Source: an uncultured Ruficoccus sp. (GTDB taxonomy: Bacteria > Verrucomicrobiota > Verrucomicrobiia > Opitutales > Cerasicoccaceae). Taken from it: DNA of 64,000 nt. A program made the translations under genes and the position numbers. Below are positions 43,378 through 54,581 of this stretch, one piece after another; position 1 is the stretch's first letter, and the number at the start of each line of letters is the position of its first letter. The stretch covers positions 704,001 to 768,000 of the forward strand of contig OZ223481.1 of NCBI GenBank assembly GCA_965140785.1, given 5' to 3'. The notes under the pieces were generated by a model, which saw only the letters and a program-made list of their open reading frames with translations, made no database searches and was not told the origin of the DNA.

Positions 43378-45186
43378 ATGGAAATTTCTCTTTTTGGCAC
43401 ATTTGTCCTCGTCCTGGCCGTCGGCGCTGTCGCGCAGTGGCTCGGCTGGCGTTTTAAAATCCCCGCGATCCTCTTGCTTTTGGGAGCCGGGCTGGCCGCG
43501 GGGCCGATAACCGGGCTGATCGAGCCGGACCGGGCGTTCGGCGAGGTTTTGTTTCCGCTGGTCTCGGTCTCGGTCGCGATCATCCTGTTCGAGGGCGGGC
43601 TCAGCCTGAAGCTACGCGACCTCTCCAAGGGCGGGACCTCCATCCTGCGTCTGGTCACAATCGGCGGGGCCGTCACCTGGGCGCTGGGTGCATGGCTCTC
43701 CTGGGTGCTGCTGGATTTTTCGCCGATCCTCTCGATACTTTTCGGGGCCATGCTGACCGTGACCGGCCCGACCGTAATCGGCCCGATGCTGCGGGCGATT
43801 CGTCCGCGCGGTAAGGTCAAGGCCATCGCGAAGTGGGAGGGCATCCTGAACGACCCGTTGGGGGTTCTGCTGGCGGTGCTGGTATTCGAGGTGTATTTGA
43901 CCCGCCACTACGACGACGCTACGACGGTGATCCTGCTCGGTTTGGGTGAAACCCTGCTCACGAGTATCCTGCTGGCCGGTGCGGCGGCGGGCTTCCTGCT
44001 CCTGCTGGTTCGGGCCAAGCTCATGCCGGAGTTTTTGCACAACATTTTCGTGCTCGCGCTGATGCTGGGCATTTTCGGAGCATCCAACGCCCTGCTGGAA
44101 GAGTCCGGGCTGCTCACCGTCACACTCTTCGGGGTGATTCTGGCCAACCAGTCCGTCTTCAATGTCCGGCACATCATCGAGTTTAAGGAGAACCTGCAAG
44201 TACTGCTCATCTCCTCGCTCTTCGTCGTGCTGGCGGCGCGGGTGGATTTCTCGGTCTTCGCCGGGCTGGGCTGGCAGAGCGTATTGTTTATCGCGATCTT
44301 GATGCTGGTGGTGCGACCACTGGCTGTATTCCTGGCCACGGTCGGCTCGAAGCAGACCTCTTGGCCCGACCGGATTCTGCTCATGCTGCTGGCCCCGCGC
44401 GGGATGGTCGCGATGGTGCTGACCTCAATCTTCGCCCTGCGCATTGAGCAGCAGGGCGACCCCGCCGCGGGGGCGAACATGCTGGCCGTCATGCTGCTGG
44501 TCATCGTGAGCACGGTGCTGGTGTACGGCCTGCTGGCCGGCCCGGTTTCCGCCCGGCTCGGGCTCTCCAACCTCGATCCGCAGGGGGTGCTTTTTATCGG
44601 GGCGCATGACTGGGCGCGGACGATTGCCGCCGAGCTCAAGTCTCTCAAAGTCACCGTGCGCATGATCGACTCAAACCGCTACCACGTCGGCAAAGCCGTT
44701 TCCGAGGGCCTCAACGCCGACTGCGGCAATGTCTTCTCCGAGGAGTTTCTGGAAAATCTCGACCTCTCCGGCGTCGGGCATGCCGTGGCGATGACCGCCA
44801 ACGACGAGGTCAACAGCTTCGCCCAAACCACGCTGACTTCGTACATCGAAAAGGGGGACATCTACCCGCTGAAGGCCGAGCGTGAAGTTGACGCCAACGC
44901 GACCTCGCAGGCGGTCAACCCGCCCTTCGGCGAGGAGGCGACCTATTCCTTTCTCAAGCGCGAGTTCGAGCGCGGCTCGACGCTCAACCACGTGACTTTG
45001 CGGGAGGGCTTCGAGCTGCCGGAGTTCGAGGAGCAGTACGGCCAGCGGGCTCTGCTCCTGTTCTGCATCGATGATGACGGGCGGGTGCGCATCTTCAGCG
45101 CCAAGACCCGGATCAAGCCCCGCATCGGCTCCACGCTCGTCTTTCTCGAAAGCGTTACCCAGGAGCGCGAAAAGGTCGAGGCGTAG
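43378..45186 (+). CDS. CPA1 cation:proton antiporter with C-terminal TrkA-N-like domain
   Basis: ILFEGG, TGPTVI, WEGILNDP, APRG; cytoplasmic Rossmann-like tail. Confidence 0.92.
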   Translation: MEISLFGTFVLVLAVGAVAQWLGWRFKIPAILLLLGAGLAAGPITGLIEPDRAFGEVLFPLVSVSVAIILFEGGLSLKLRDLSKGGTSILRLVTIGGAVTWALGAWLSWVLLDFSPILSILFGAMLTVTGPTVIGPMLRAIRPRGKVKAIAKWEGILNDPLGVLLAVLVFEVYLTRHYDDATTVILLGLGETLLTSILLAGAAAGFLLLLVRAKLMPEFLHNIFVLALMLGIFGASNALLEESGLLTVTLFGVILANQSVFNVRHIIEFKENLQVLLISSLFVVLAARVDFSVFAGLGWQSVLFIAILMLVVRPLAVFLATVGSKQTSWPDRILLMLLAPRGMVAMVLTSIFALRIEQQGDPAAGANMLAVMLLVIVSTVLVYGLLAGPVSARLGLSNLDPQGVLFIGAHDWARTIAAELKSLKVTVRMIDSNRYHVGKAVSEGLNADCGNVFSEEFLENLDLSGVGHAVAMTANDEVNSFAQTTLTSYIEKGDIYPLKAEREVDANATSQAVNPPFGEEATYSFLKREFERGSTLNHVTLREGFELPEFEEQYGQRALLLFCIDDDGRVRIFSAKTRIKPRIGSTLVFLESVTQEREKVEA

Positions 45187-45382
45187 GGTGGAATTCGATT
45201 CCCTGACGCTTTGCGATGTTATACCGCATTCAAACCGTTTTGATAAGGTCAGGGATTTAACAGGAAGTCCGGAAAGAGCGAAAAGCAAGGTCTATGGCCT
45301 TCTACTCCCGCTCTTTCCGCCCTTCCTGTTAAAAAGATATTTTCCGGCCAGCGCCCTTTTCCATTTCTGCGCTAATAGTACC

Positions 45383-45656
45383 TAGAGCATTTTCGTTTTA
45401 ATCTGTCGCACTCGGCTGAGCTGATTTTAAGTACTGGCAAGGCTCTTTCAAGGGACTTGGGCTGGAAGCCCTGGCCCCTTGAAAGGAACGCCGCCAGGCT
45501 TAAAATCAGCCAGTCCATTCGGATGGGGTCTGTCTTGCGGCTCGCGGCGTTGGCTGGGGGACTTACGGGCTTCCAGCCCGCTACGCTCCCAGCCGCCTGC
45601 CGAGCCTTCAAGACATTTCCCCACTGAGTGCGACTGATTAAAGCGAAAGTGCTCTA
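45383..45656. mobile_element. MITE, 274 bp, with TA ends
   Basis: 31-bp terminal inverted repeats (45383-45413 and 45626-45656, 28/31 match); the right end provides the thioesterase TAG stop. Confidence 0.8.
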
Positions 45657-46097
45657 AAGCACTTCCTCGGCCAGGGGGGCGAGTTTGTCGAGGATGGGCG
45701 GGGGCAGGGGGAGCGACTGCATCGGGCCGCCGGCGGTGGGCTTGCAGACATAGACGGTGGTCATTTTGCCGGTGGCGACGTGGCGACGGTCCTCGCCGGT
45801 GCCCACGTAGCACTTGGCCACGTACTCGACCGCCTTGAGCTTGATCGCTTTGACAAAGAGCTGGATCTCCAGTTCGTCGCCGTAGCGGACCGGCTCGTGG
45901 TAGGAGCAGGAGGCGCGCACGCGCGGCCAGCCGTAGTCGGTCGTGCCGTCGCTGGCGGTGAGGGCTACGCCCACCTCGCGCAGCAGAGCGGACTCGGCCG
46001 CCTCCATCCAGCGGAAGTAGTTGGAGAAGTGCGCGATACCGGCCATGTCGGTCTCGGCGAATTCTACCCGGCGGCGATGTATAAAGGGCTCGGCCAT
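45654..46097 (-). CDS. Acyl-CoA thioesterase (4HBT hotdog fold)
   Basis: VEFAETDMAGIAHFSNYFRWME. Confidence 0.92.
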   Translation of the reverse strand: MAEPFIHRRRVEFAETDMAGIAHFSNYFRWMEAAESALLREVGVALTASDGTTDYGWPRVRASCSYHEPVRYGDELEIQLFVKAIKLKAVEYVAKCYVGTGEDRRHVATGKMTTVYVCKPTAGGPMQSLPLPPPILDKLAPLAEEVL

Positions 46098-46220
46098 ATC
46101 TCGTTGATCCTAACGGCTACGCTTAGCCTGAATCCAGCCCGAAAAAAGCCCTCCGAATGCCCTGGAGCATTAATGCCGGGCGGAATAATCCGATCATACA
46201 AGTATCCCACTGATAAAGCT

Positions 46221-46316
46221 ATGAAACCGGAAGCGAAGGCAAATCTACGTCCCATTTATATCCAGACCCTGGCCATCGTCGGGTTGACCATCGTGCTCCT
46301 GACCCTGATGCCGTAA
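46221..46316 (+). CDS. Putative 31-aa single-TM peptide
   Basis: MKPEAKANLRPIYIQTLAIVGLTIVLLTLMP in an otherwise empty intergenic gap. Confidence 0.3.
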   Translation: MKPEAKANLRPIYIQTLAIVGLTIVLLTLMP

Positions 46317-46454
46317 ACAGCCTGGAAGCCATTTGCAGTCAGTTGTTTAGTGAAAATGGTGTTTAGAAGGCGCTCCCGAAAACGGGGGCGCTTTTTTGCG
46401 CGCGGGCGTTTTTTCCATGGCCAGAGGCGGCAAAACCTGAAAACTGACCCCCTT

Positions 46455-47036
46455 ATGTCACAAGCATCCGCACGCCACATCCTCGTTCCTACCGAGCAGC
46501 AATGCGAGGAACTCAAACAGAAAATTGCCGGTGGCGCCGATTTCGCGGCCGTAGCCGCCGAGCACAGCAAGTGCCCCTCCGGCCAGCGCGGCGGCGAGCT
46601 GGGCACCTTCGGCAAAGGCCAGATGGTCAAGGAATTTGAAGCCGTGGTCTTCTCCGCGCCGGTGGGCGAGGTGCAGGGCCCGATCAAGACCGACTTCGGC
46701 TACCACCTGATCGAGGTCACCGCTCGTAGCGAGCCCGGCAAGCCGTTGCCTCCGCCTCCTGGCCAGGCATCCGCACGCCACATCCTCGTCGCCTCCGAGC
46801 AGGAGTGCGAAGAGCTTAAGCAGAAGATCGCCGATGGCGCCGACTTCGCCGAAGTGGCCGCCGAGAAGAGCAAGTGCCCCTCCGGCCAGCGCGGCGGCGA
46901 GCTGGGGACCTTCGGCAAAGGCCAGATGGTCAAGGAGTTCGAAGCCGTGGTCTTCTCCGCGCCGGTGGGCGAGGTGCAGGGCCCGATCAAGACCGACTTC
47001 GGCTACCACCTGATCGAGGTCACCGCCCGCGGCTAG
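46455..47036 (+). CDS. Peptidyl-prolyl isomerase with two tandem parvulin (PpiC) domains
   Basis: ARHILV...SKCPSGQRGGELG.F..GQMV.EFE...FGYHLI present twice with a 303-bp offset. Confidence 0.93.
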   Translation: MSQASARHILVPTEQQCEELKQKIAGGADFAAVAAEHSKCPSGQRGGELGTFGKGQMVKEFEAVVFSAPVGEVQGPIKTDFGYHLIEVTARSEPGKPLPPPPGQASARHILVASEQECEELKQKIADGADFAEVAAEKSKCPSGQRGGELGTFGKGQMVKEFEAVVFSAPVGEVQGPIKTDFGYHLIEVTARG

Positions 47037-47067
47037 CACGCGTCCGGCGTTTGATCCGCTCATTTTT

Positions 47068-47103
47068 CAGCCTGCCTGGCGTCATGCCGGGCAGGCTTTT
47101 TTT
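47068..47103 (+). terminator. Intrinsic terminator
   Basis: AGCCTGCCTGGC/GCCGGGCAGGCT hairpin plus T-tract. Confidence 0.85.
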
Positions 47104-47170
47104 GTCGGATCTTCTGGGCGGCTTTGATTTTTTGCTGCATCCCGGCGGCAAAGAATGCTAAGAAAAGGCT

Positions 47171-47710
47171 ATGAAAAAACTACTGCTCCTTTTGATCGCA
47201 CCTGTCTTTTTTAGCCTGGGCTATGCCGAGGCCGAACAACCCGCCGCGCCGCCCGCGTCCCTGAAAAACCAGGCGCAGGCCGCGACTCAGGCGCTGAAAG
47301 CCCGCGATGTCGAGGGCATCCTGAAGTACACACACCCCAAGCTGATTGCCGCCATGGGCGGCGATCAGGCCGCGCAGCAGGCGATCGCCGCGCTGCTCTC
47401 CAGCCTCGAAGTCCAGGGGTTTACGATCAGCTCGATCACCGTCGGTGAGCCCGAGCCGGTGAAGCCGGTGGGCGAGGTGCTGACTGCCCTGGTCCCGCAA
47501 ACGGCGGTGATGGAGTATCAGAACAAGATCATAACCGTTGACTCCTACCTGCTCGGCGTCTCCGAGGACGACGGCGCCAACTGGGTCTTCATCGATCTGA
47601 GCAACCTGCCCCCGCCGCAGTTCGCCGCCCTCTTCCCCGACCTGGCCCAGGGCGTGGAGCTCCCCCCGGCCCAGCAGCCCAAAGTCGTCGAGAAACCACA
47701 GCAGCAGTAA
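47171..47710 (+). CDS. Hypothetical secreted protein
   Basis: MKK signal peptide; GC-typical codon usage; S.D.G.NW.FID motif. Confidence 0.75.
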   Translation: MKKLLLLLIAPVFFSLGYAEAEQPAAPPASLKNQAQAATQALKARDVEGILKYTHPKLIAAMGGDQAAQQAIAALLSSLEVQGFTISSITVGEPEPVKPVGEVLTALVPQTAVMEYQNKIITVDSYLLGVSEDDGANWVFIDLSNLPPPQFAALFPDLAQGVELPPAQQPKVVEKPQQQ

Positions 47711-47764
47711 CCGCGACTTTTCTGGGGTCACGTGCGCGGACCTGATCGCGCTCACCATGAGTTT

Positions 47765-47797
47765 AAAAAAATCCGGGGCACCACGCCCCGGATTTTT
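47765..47797. terminator. Bidirectional intrinsic terminator
   Basis: A7-TCCGGGGC-ACCAC-GCCCCGGA-T5 between convergent genes. Confidence 0.85.
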
Positions 47798-47853
47798 GTT
47801 ACCCCCATCGATGCGAAGGGAGCTATTGGTTTAAAGTCCGTCTGGCGGATCGC

Positions 47854-49785
<1,932 letters not shown>

Positions 49786-50409
49786 TTAAAGTGTTTTTTC
49801 GTGTTCCTTGTCTAATGCCTCTCGGCCTTTTTTTAGGTGGAGGAGAATCGCGTTTGTGCGCATACCATGAACCCCTCTAGAAAAGCTTGGATCAGGGCCA
49901 CCGAACTTAAGGGGGTCTCGGCGCGCTTCGTCCTTAAATAGTAGCTCTCGGAAATCATGGAGTAGAGAGAGTAGCTTGTCCAAGTCTTCATATTCTAGGG
50001 GATCAATGCGATTCCTCCCACACAATGTATCGAGGTCATTGTGGGAGAATATTTTATTTCTCCAAACTTCAATATTTTCTGCCTCTTTTTCGATTTTATC
50101 ACGAAGCGCTTTTAAAGCTGTCTTAGATGTCTCGTACTCTTTCGCATTTACAAAGTAATTCAGGGATAGATTTTTGTGCCCTAGTGTTTTTTCTTTGTCA
50201 CGCAAACGCGCGATTCCCATTGCGATTGAGTCTGATAATGCATCGCAAATGATATTAAAATCACCACCGCTTATACGATTATAGAGATTATAATTCTCTT
50301 CACTCTGCTCAGGGTCTTGGAAGAGGGTATGAAACAACTGCCATTGTGACTGCAAGGTCAGTAGCTCGTGTTCAAATATAGCAGATAGCTGAGGTTCGAT
50401 GTCTTCCAT
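49786..50409 (-). CDS. HEPN-domain protein (AbiU2-like), AT-rich
   Basis: 207 aa, helical; IARLRD..G.KNLSL and RNKIFSHND (HEPN R-x4-6-H); markedly lower GC than its neighbours. Confidence 0.7.
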   Translation of the reverse strand: MEDIEPQLSAIFEHELLTLQSQWQLFHTLFQDPEQSEENYNLYNRISGGDFNIICDALSDSIAMGIARLRDKEKTLGHKNLSLNYFVNAKEYETSKTALKALRDKIEKEAENIEVWRNKIFSHNDLDTLCGRNRIDPLEYEDLDKLLSLLHDFRELLFKDEARRDPLKFGGPDPSFSRGVHGMRTNAILLHLKKGREALDKEHEKTL

Positions 50410-50505
50410 GTGTCCCTTCGTCGGCATTACCCGTATCAGGTTCCTCGGGTCGAAGGCCGCACGTGCCTCCCTCTCAGCCCCGCGCGCGGAGCCCCCCGTT
50501 GTGAG
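50410..50505 (-). ncRNA. TPP riboswitch aptamer
   Basis: Minus strand GGGG..GCUGAGA..GACCCG..GAACCUGAU.CGGGUAAUGCCG.CGAAGGGA, upstream of thiC. Confidence 0.9.
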
Positions 50506-50655
50506 GGCTACCCAAAGGCATAATCCCGGCTTTCGCAACCCCATAACGGCCTTCTGTTTGATAATTGATTATCGTTAGTGGGGCCGGAGCCAAGTCGGAG
50601 GTGGGGCCGGATTTCGTGCTGGCCAAGGCGGGCGCGGCTTTTAGGCTGGCGGAGC

Positions 50656-51489
50656 ATGTTTGACGCCGCCGTCCAGCCGCTCCTGCAACATCCCGCCCCG
50701 TGGTTTTGCTGCGTGCTGGCGCTGTTTTCGTCTTTTTTCCTGGGGTTCACGCGGAGCAGCTTCGGCGGGGGCGGGTTCGTGATCTCGCCGCTGATCGTTC
50801 TGGCCATCGGGGCCAAAGACGGGCTGGCCGTGCTGGCGACGCTCATGGTGGTGGGCAGTGCGCTCAGTTGCTGGCAGCACCGCCGGGAGGTGGTCTGGCA
50901 ACTGCTCAACCCGCTGCTCTTCGCTGCCATTGTCGGCACGGGGCTGGGCGGCTTGGCACTGTGGGCGCTGGTCCACTCGGGCGAGGAGACCGAAGTCGAG
51001 CAAAACCTGGAGTACGTGGTCGGCGGGCTGACGCTTTTTTACACTCTGCTCATCATGGCTCGGGGCCGCATTGCCAAGGGCGGGCCGCGCCGCCTGCCCC
51101 ACTGGTGGGAGACCTTCTGCGCCGGAACGCTGGTCGGGATCTGCCAGGTGGTGGCCAACTCCGGCAGCCCGATGCTGACTGTGTTCTTCGTCCGCTTCCA
51201 CCAGCACAAGGAGCGCTTTGTCGCGGCGCAGGCGTTTTTCCTCGGCCTCCAAAATATCGTCAAAATCCTGCCCCTGGTCCTGCTGGGTATTCTTCACTTC
51301 GGCAACTTCAGCACGGCTCTGATCCTGTTCCCGGTGCTGATTCTCGGCGGCTGGGCCGGGGCCTTCACCTACCGCAAGTCCAGCGAGGCGACTCTCTTCA
51401 CGATCTACATCGTGGCCCTCGTGGTCGGCTGCCTGACCTCATTCATTCTCATCTGGGGCCGCGATAATTTTTACCGGGCGTTTTTCTGA
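50656..51489 (+). CDS. Sulfite exporter TauE/SafE family membrane protein
   Basis: GF..SSFGGGGF..SPL motif, twofold internal repeat, about 8 TM helices. Confidence 0.82.
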   Translation: MFDAAVQPLLQHPAPWFCCVLALFSSFFLGFTRSSFGGGGFVISPLIVLAIGAKDGLAVLATLMVVGSALSCWQHRREVVWQLLNPLLFAAIVGTGLGGLALWALVHSGEETEVEQNLEYVVGGLTLFYTLLIMARGRIAKGGPRRLPHWWETFCAGTLVGICQVVANSGSPMLTVFFVRFHQHKERFVAAQAFFLGLQNIVKILPLVLLGILHFGNFSTALILFPVLILGGWAGAFTYRKSSEATLFTIYIVALVVGCLTSFILIWGRDNFYRAFF

Positions 51490-51519
51490 GACGACGGTTA
51501 AGTGATATTATTTAACAGG

Positions 51520-52041
51520 ATGAAGCTGGGCCATGCTCTGTTGTTTTGTTTTGCGCTTAGCACCCTATCGATCGTTCATGCGGCCGAAGATCTGGATAAG
51601 CCGTCACTTCTGCATCTGGCGGATTACGATTGTATAAGCATTGGATGGAGCCACTTCTCCGGTTTCGGGGGCAACATGGGAGCGGGTGAGTTGATTTTTC
51701 GCTATGATAGTGAAAACGACGCAATAGAACTTTCGGCTGATCGTGATTCTCCAGCGCAATTAGCTGACCCCTTTAAACCCCCATCACCCTCAACGTCTCT
51801 GGATAGCCTTACCTTTAGAGTTATTAGTGCAGTTGAGTTCTTGGGTTGGTACACTGTTATAGACAGGTTGAGACGGGAAGATTACCGCGACCTATTTCCC
51901 TATGTTTCAGATAATTTTTTGCATATCACCGTCTTATACCAAAAACATGGAGAGATTGTGTTTGAGGAAAGCTATGACGTGTCGAGCACTCCGGAGCTAT
52001 TTTATAACTACTATGATTTAAAGGTAAGTTCTGCCAAATAG
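51520..52041 (+). CDS. Hypothetical secreted protein, AT-rich
   Basis: Signal peptide ending VHA|A; AGGA directly before the ATG; no recognisable family. Confidence 0.6.
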   Translation: MKLGHALLFCFALSTLSIVHAAEDLDKPSLLHLADYDCISIGWSHFSGFGGNMGAGELIFRYDSENDAIELSADRDSPAQLADPFKPPSPSTSLDSLTFRVISAVEFLGWYTVIDRLRREDYRDLFPYVSDNFLHITVLYQKHGEIVFEESYDVSSTPELFYNYYDLKVSSAK

Positions 52042-52182
52042 CTCGATCCTGCTAGTTGGTATTCGCAGGTGTGTGTTCTAGGCAGTGATGGCAGCCTTTG
52101 GGGTTATTGTAGCAAGCTCAGCAGGCATGCATGCGAGACACTACTGTCGTGTCCACCGATGATACTCGTCGCGCAATCTCGT

Positions 52183-54471
52183 TTACGCTTCCATCTTATC
52201 CCGCAGCGCGGTCAGGCGTCGGGCGCTTTCGCGGTTGCGCACGGCCATGGCGTAGGCGGTGGGGTCGCCCACGAGAAAGACTTTTTTGCGGCCCCGGGTG
52301 ATGGCGGTGTAGAGCAGGTTGCGCTGAAGCATGACGAAGTGCTGCTTGAGCAGTGGGATGATCACGATGGGGAATTCGCTGCCCTGGCTCTTGTGGATGC
52401 TGATCGCGTAGGCGAGGTTGAGGTCCGTCATCTCGCCGCGGGTGAAGTCGTGGATCTCGTTGTCGAAACGCACGGCCACGGTGCCGGCTTCTGTATTGAT
52501 GTGGCTGATACGCCCGAGGTCGCCGTTGAAAAGGTTCTTGTCGTAGTTGTTGCGCTGCTGGATGACCTTGTCGCCGCGGTGGAAGCGGTGCGGGCCGAGC
52601 GTGACGCCCGGCTGGCCCGGGTTGAGCGCCTGCTGGAGCACGGCGTTGAGGTTGAGCGTGCCGCCGGCGCCCTTGTGCATGGGCGGGAGCACCTGCACGT
52701 CCATGACCGGATCTAGGTGCGGGTACCAGCGGGGGATGCAGTCCCGGCAGAGGCTGACCACCGTCTCGGCGCAGACCTCCGGCTCGGGCGCGGCGATGAA
52801 GTGCAGGTCCTCGTCCGGATCGGCGTGGGCCGGGTCTTCGAGCGGGGCGGGCGGGGTGGCCTCGCCGTGGAGGATGCCATGGGCCGTCAACACAATGCGG
52901 CTGCGGGCCTGCTGGCGGAAAATCTGCGACAGCCGCGTGACGGCGGGCGTGTGGGGCAGGGCGGAGCCGGCCCCGGCCAGCCCGATCAAGTCGCCCAGGA
53001 CGTTGCCCGCGCCGACGCTGGGGAGCTGGTCGGCATCGCCCACCAGCAGCAGGTGCGCCCGTGCCGGGATGGCCCGCAGGAGGCAGGCGGCGAGCTTGCT
53101 GTCGAGCATCGAGGTCTCGTCCACCACCACGAAGTCAGCCGCCAGCGGGTTGTCGGCGTTCACGCTGAAGCCCCCCTCGGCCGGGTCAAACTTGAGCAGC
53201 CGGTGGATGGTCTGGGCGGGCGCGCCGGTGGTCTCGCCCATGCGCTGGGCGGCGCGCCCGGTGGGGGCGGCCATGAGCAGGCGGACCTTCTTGGCCTTTA
53301 AAATATCGGTCAGCGCCTTGAGGATGGTGGTCTTGCCGGTGCCGGGGCCGCCGGTGAGGATGGAGACCTTGTTGGCGATGGCGGCGGAAATGGCGGCGGC
53401 CTGCTCGGGTGCGAATTCAAAGCCCGCCCGCTCCTGTGCCCATTCGACGGCCTTGTCGATGATGATCGGCGGCAGGCACGAGGGAGATTCCAGCAGGTCG
53501 CGCAGGGAATGGGCCACGACGACTTCGGCCCGGTGCGAGGCCGGGAGCTGGAGAATGGTCTGCGGCGAATACAGCTGCTCGGGGTCCCTGGCGGCGGCCC
53601 CGGAGGGCACGAGCGCGCCCTGATCCACGAGGCTTTTGAGCGGTGCGTTGAGCAGGTGTGGATCGATGTCGAGGAGCTGGGTGGCCTGCTGGATCAGGTC
53701 CGGGGCGGCAAAGGCGGTGTGCCCCTCGCTCTCGGCCTCCTCCAGGGCAAAGATGAGCCCGGCCTCCAGGCGGCGGGGGTTGTCGTTTTGCAGGCCCAGG
53801 TTGCGGGCGATCTGGTCGGCGGTCTTGAAGCCGATGCCCTGGATGTCGCGGGCCACCCGGTAGGGGTCGCGTTCGAGGATGGTGCGGGCCTCGTTGCCGA
53901 AGCGCCGGTAGATGCGCGTGCACAGCGCGGTACTGACCCCGTAGGTGTGCAGGAAGAGCATGATCTCGCGCTGGGCCTGCTGGGACTCCCAGGCCAGCTT
54001 GATGTCCTTGGCGCGCTGCTTGCCCACGCCGGGGACTTCACGCAGGCGGCCCGACTGCTCGGAGATGACTTTTAACGTGTCGGCCCCGAAGTGCTCCACG
54101 ATCTTCTCGGCGAACTTCGGGCCGATGTTGGGAATCATCCCGGAGCCGAGGTATTTGCGGATGCCGTGGACGGTGGAGGGCAACTTGCTGGTAAAGCCCT
54201 TGATCTTGAACTGCGGGCCGTGCACGGGGTGGCGCTGCCACTCGCCGGAGAGTTCGAGCGTTTCGCCGCACTGGACGCCGGGCAGATTCCCGGCGATGGT
54301 CACGGCCTGGCGCTGGCCGTTGGGGCGGAATTCGCCGATCGTGTAGTGGTTCTCCTCGTTGGCGAAAACGATCCGCTCCAGCGTGCCGGTCAGGGTCTCG
54401 GGACTGTCGGTGGGATTGGGCAAAGTCGTGACGGAGGCGGTGTTGGGTTCGCTTACGGTAGAGGTGAGCAA
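52183..54471 (-). CDS. recD2: ATP-dependent RecD-like DNA helicase (RecD2)
   Basis: HhH N-terminus, GGPGTGKTT, APTGRAA, VDE, GDADQLPSVG, IHKSQGSEF, YTAITR; start uncertain. Confidence 0.94.
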   Translation of the reverse strand: MLTSTVSEPNTASVTTLPNPTDSPETLTGTLERIVFANEENHYTIGEFRPNGQRQAVTIAGNLPGVQCGETLELSGEWQRHPVHGPQFKIKGFTSKLPSTVHGIRKYLGSGMIPNIGPKFAEKIVEHFGADTLKVISEQSGRLREVPGVGKQRAKDIKLAWESQQAQREIMLFLHTYGVSTALCTRIYRRFGNEARTILERDPYRVARDIQGIGFKTADQIARNLGLQNDNPRRLEAGLIFALEEAESEGHTAFAAPDLIQQATQLLDIDPHLLNAPLKSLVDQGALVPSGAAARDPEQLYSPQTILQLPASHRAEVVVAHSLRDLLESPSCLPPIIIDKAVEWAQERAGFEFAPEQAAAISAAIANKVSILTGGPGTGKTTILKALTDILKAKKVRLLMAAPTGRAAQRMGETTGAPAQTIHRLLKFDPAEGGFSVNADNPLAADFVVVDETSMLDSKLAACLLRAIPARAHLLLVGDADQLPSVGAGNVLGDLIGLAGAGSALPHTPAVTRLSQIFRQQARSRIVLTAHGILHGEATPPAPLEDPAHADPDEDLHFIAAPEPEVCAETVVSLCRDCIPRWYPHLDPVMDVQVLPPMHKGAGGTLNLNAVLQQALNPGQPGVTLGPHRFHRGDKVIQQRNNYDKNLFNGDLGRISHINTEAGTVAVRFDNEIHDFTRGEMTDLNLAYAISIHKSQGSEFPIVIIPLLKQHFVMLQRNLLYTAITRGRKKVFLVGDPTAYAMAVRNRESARRLTALRDKMEA

Positions 54472-54581
54472 ACGCGGATTGCTAGAGAAGTCTCCGGTTG
54501 CTGCTCAAATTCGGTATTTTGTGTGCTTCGTGTCTTCTTCGTGCTCTTCGTGACCTGAAATGGCTTTCGGGGAAACTCGGC

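Noticed and set aside
49786..50544. 252-aa version of the HEPN ORF starting at 50544
   Set aside because: The extra 45 codons run through the TPP aptamer; ATG 50409 behind AGGGA is more plausible
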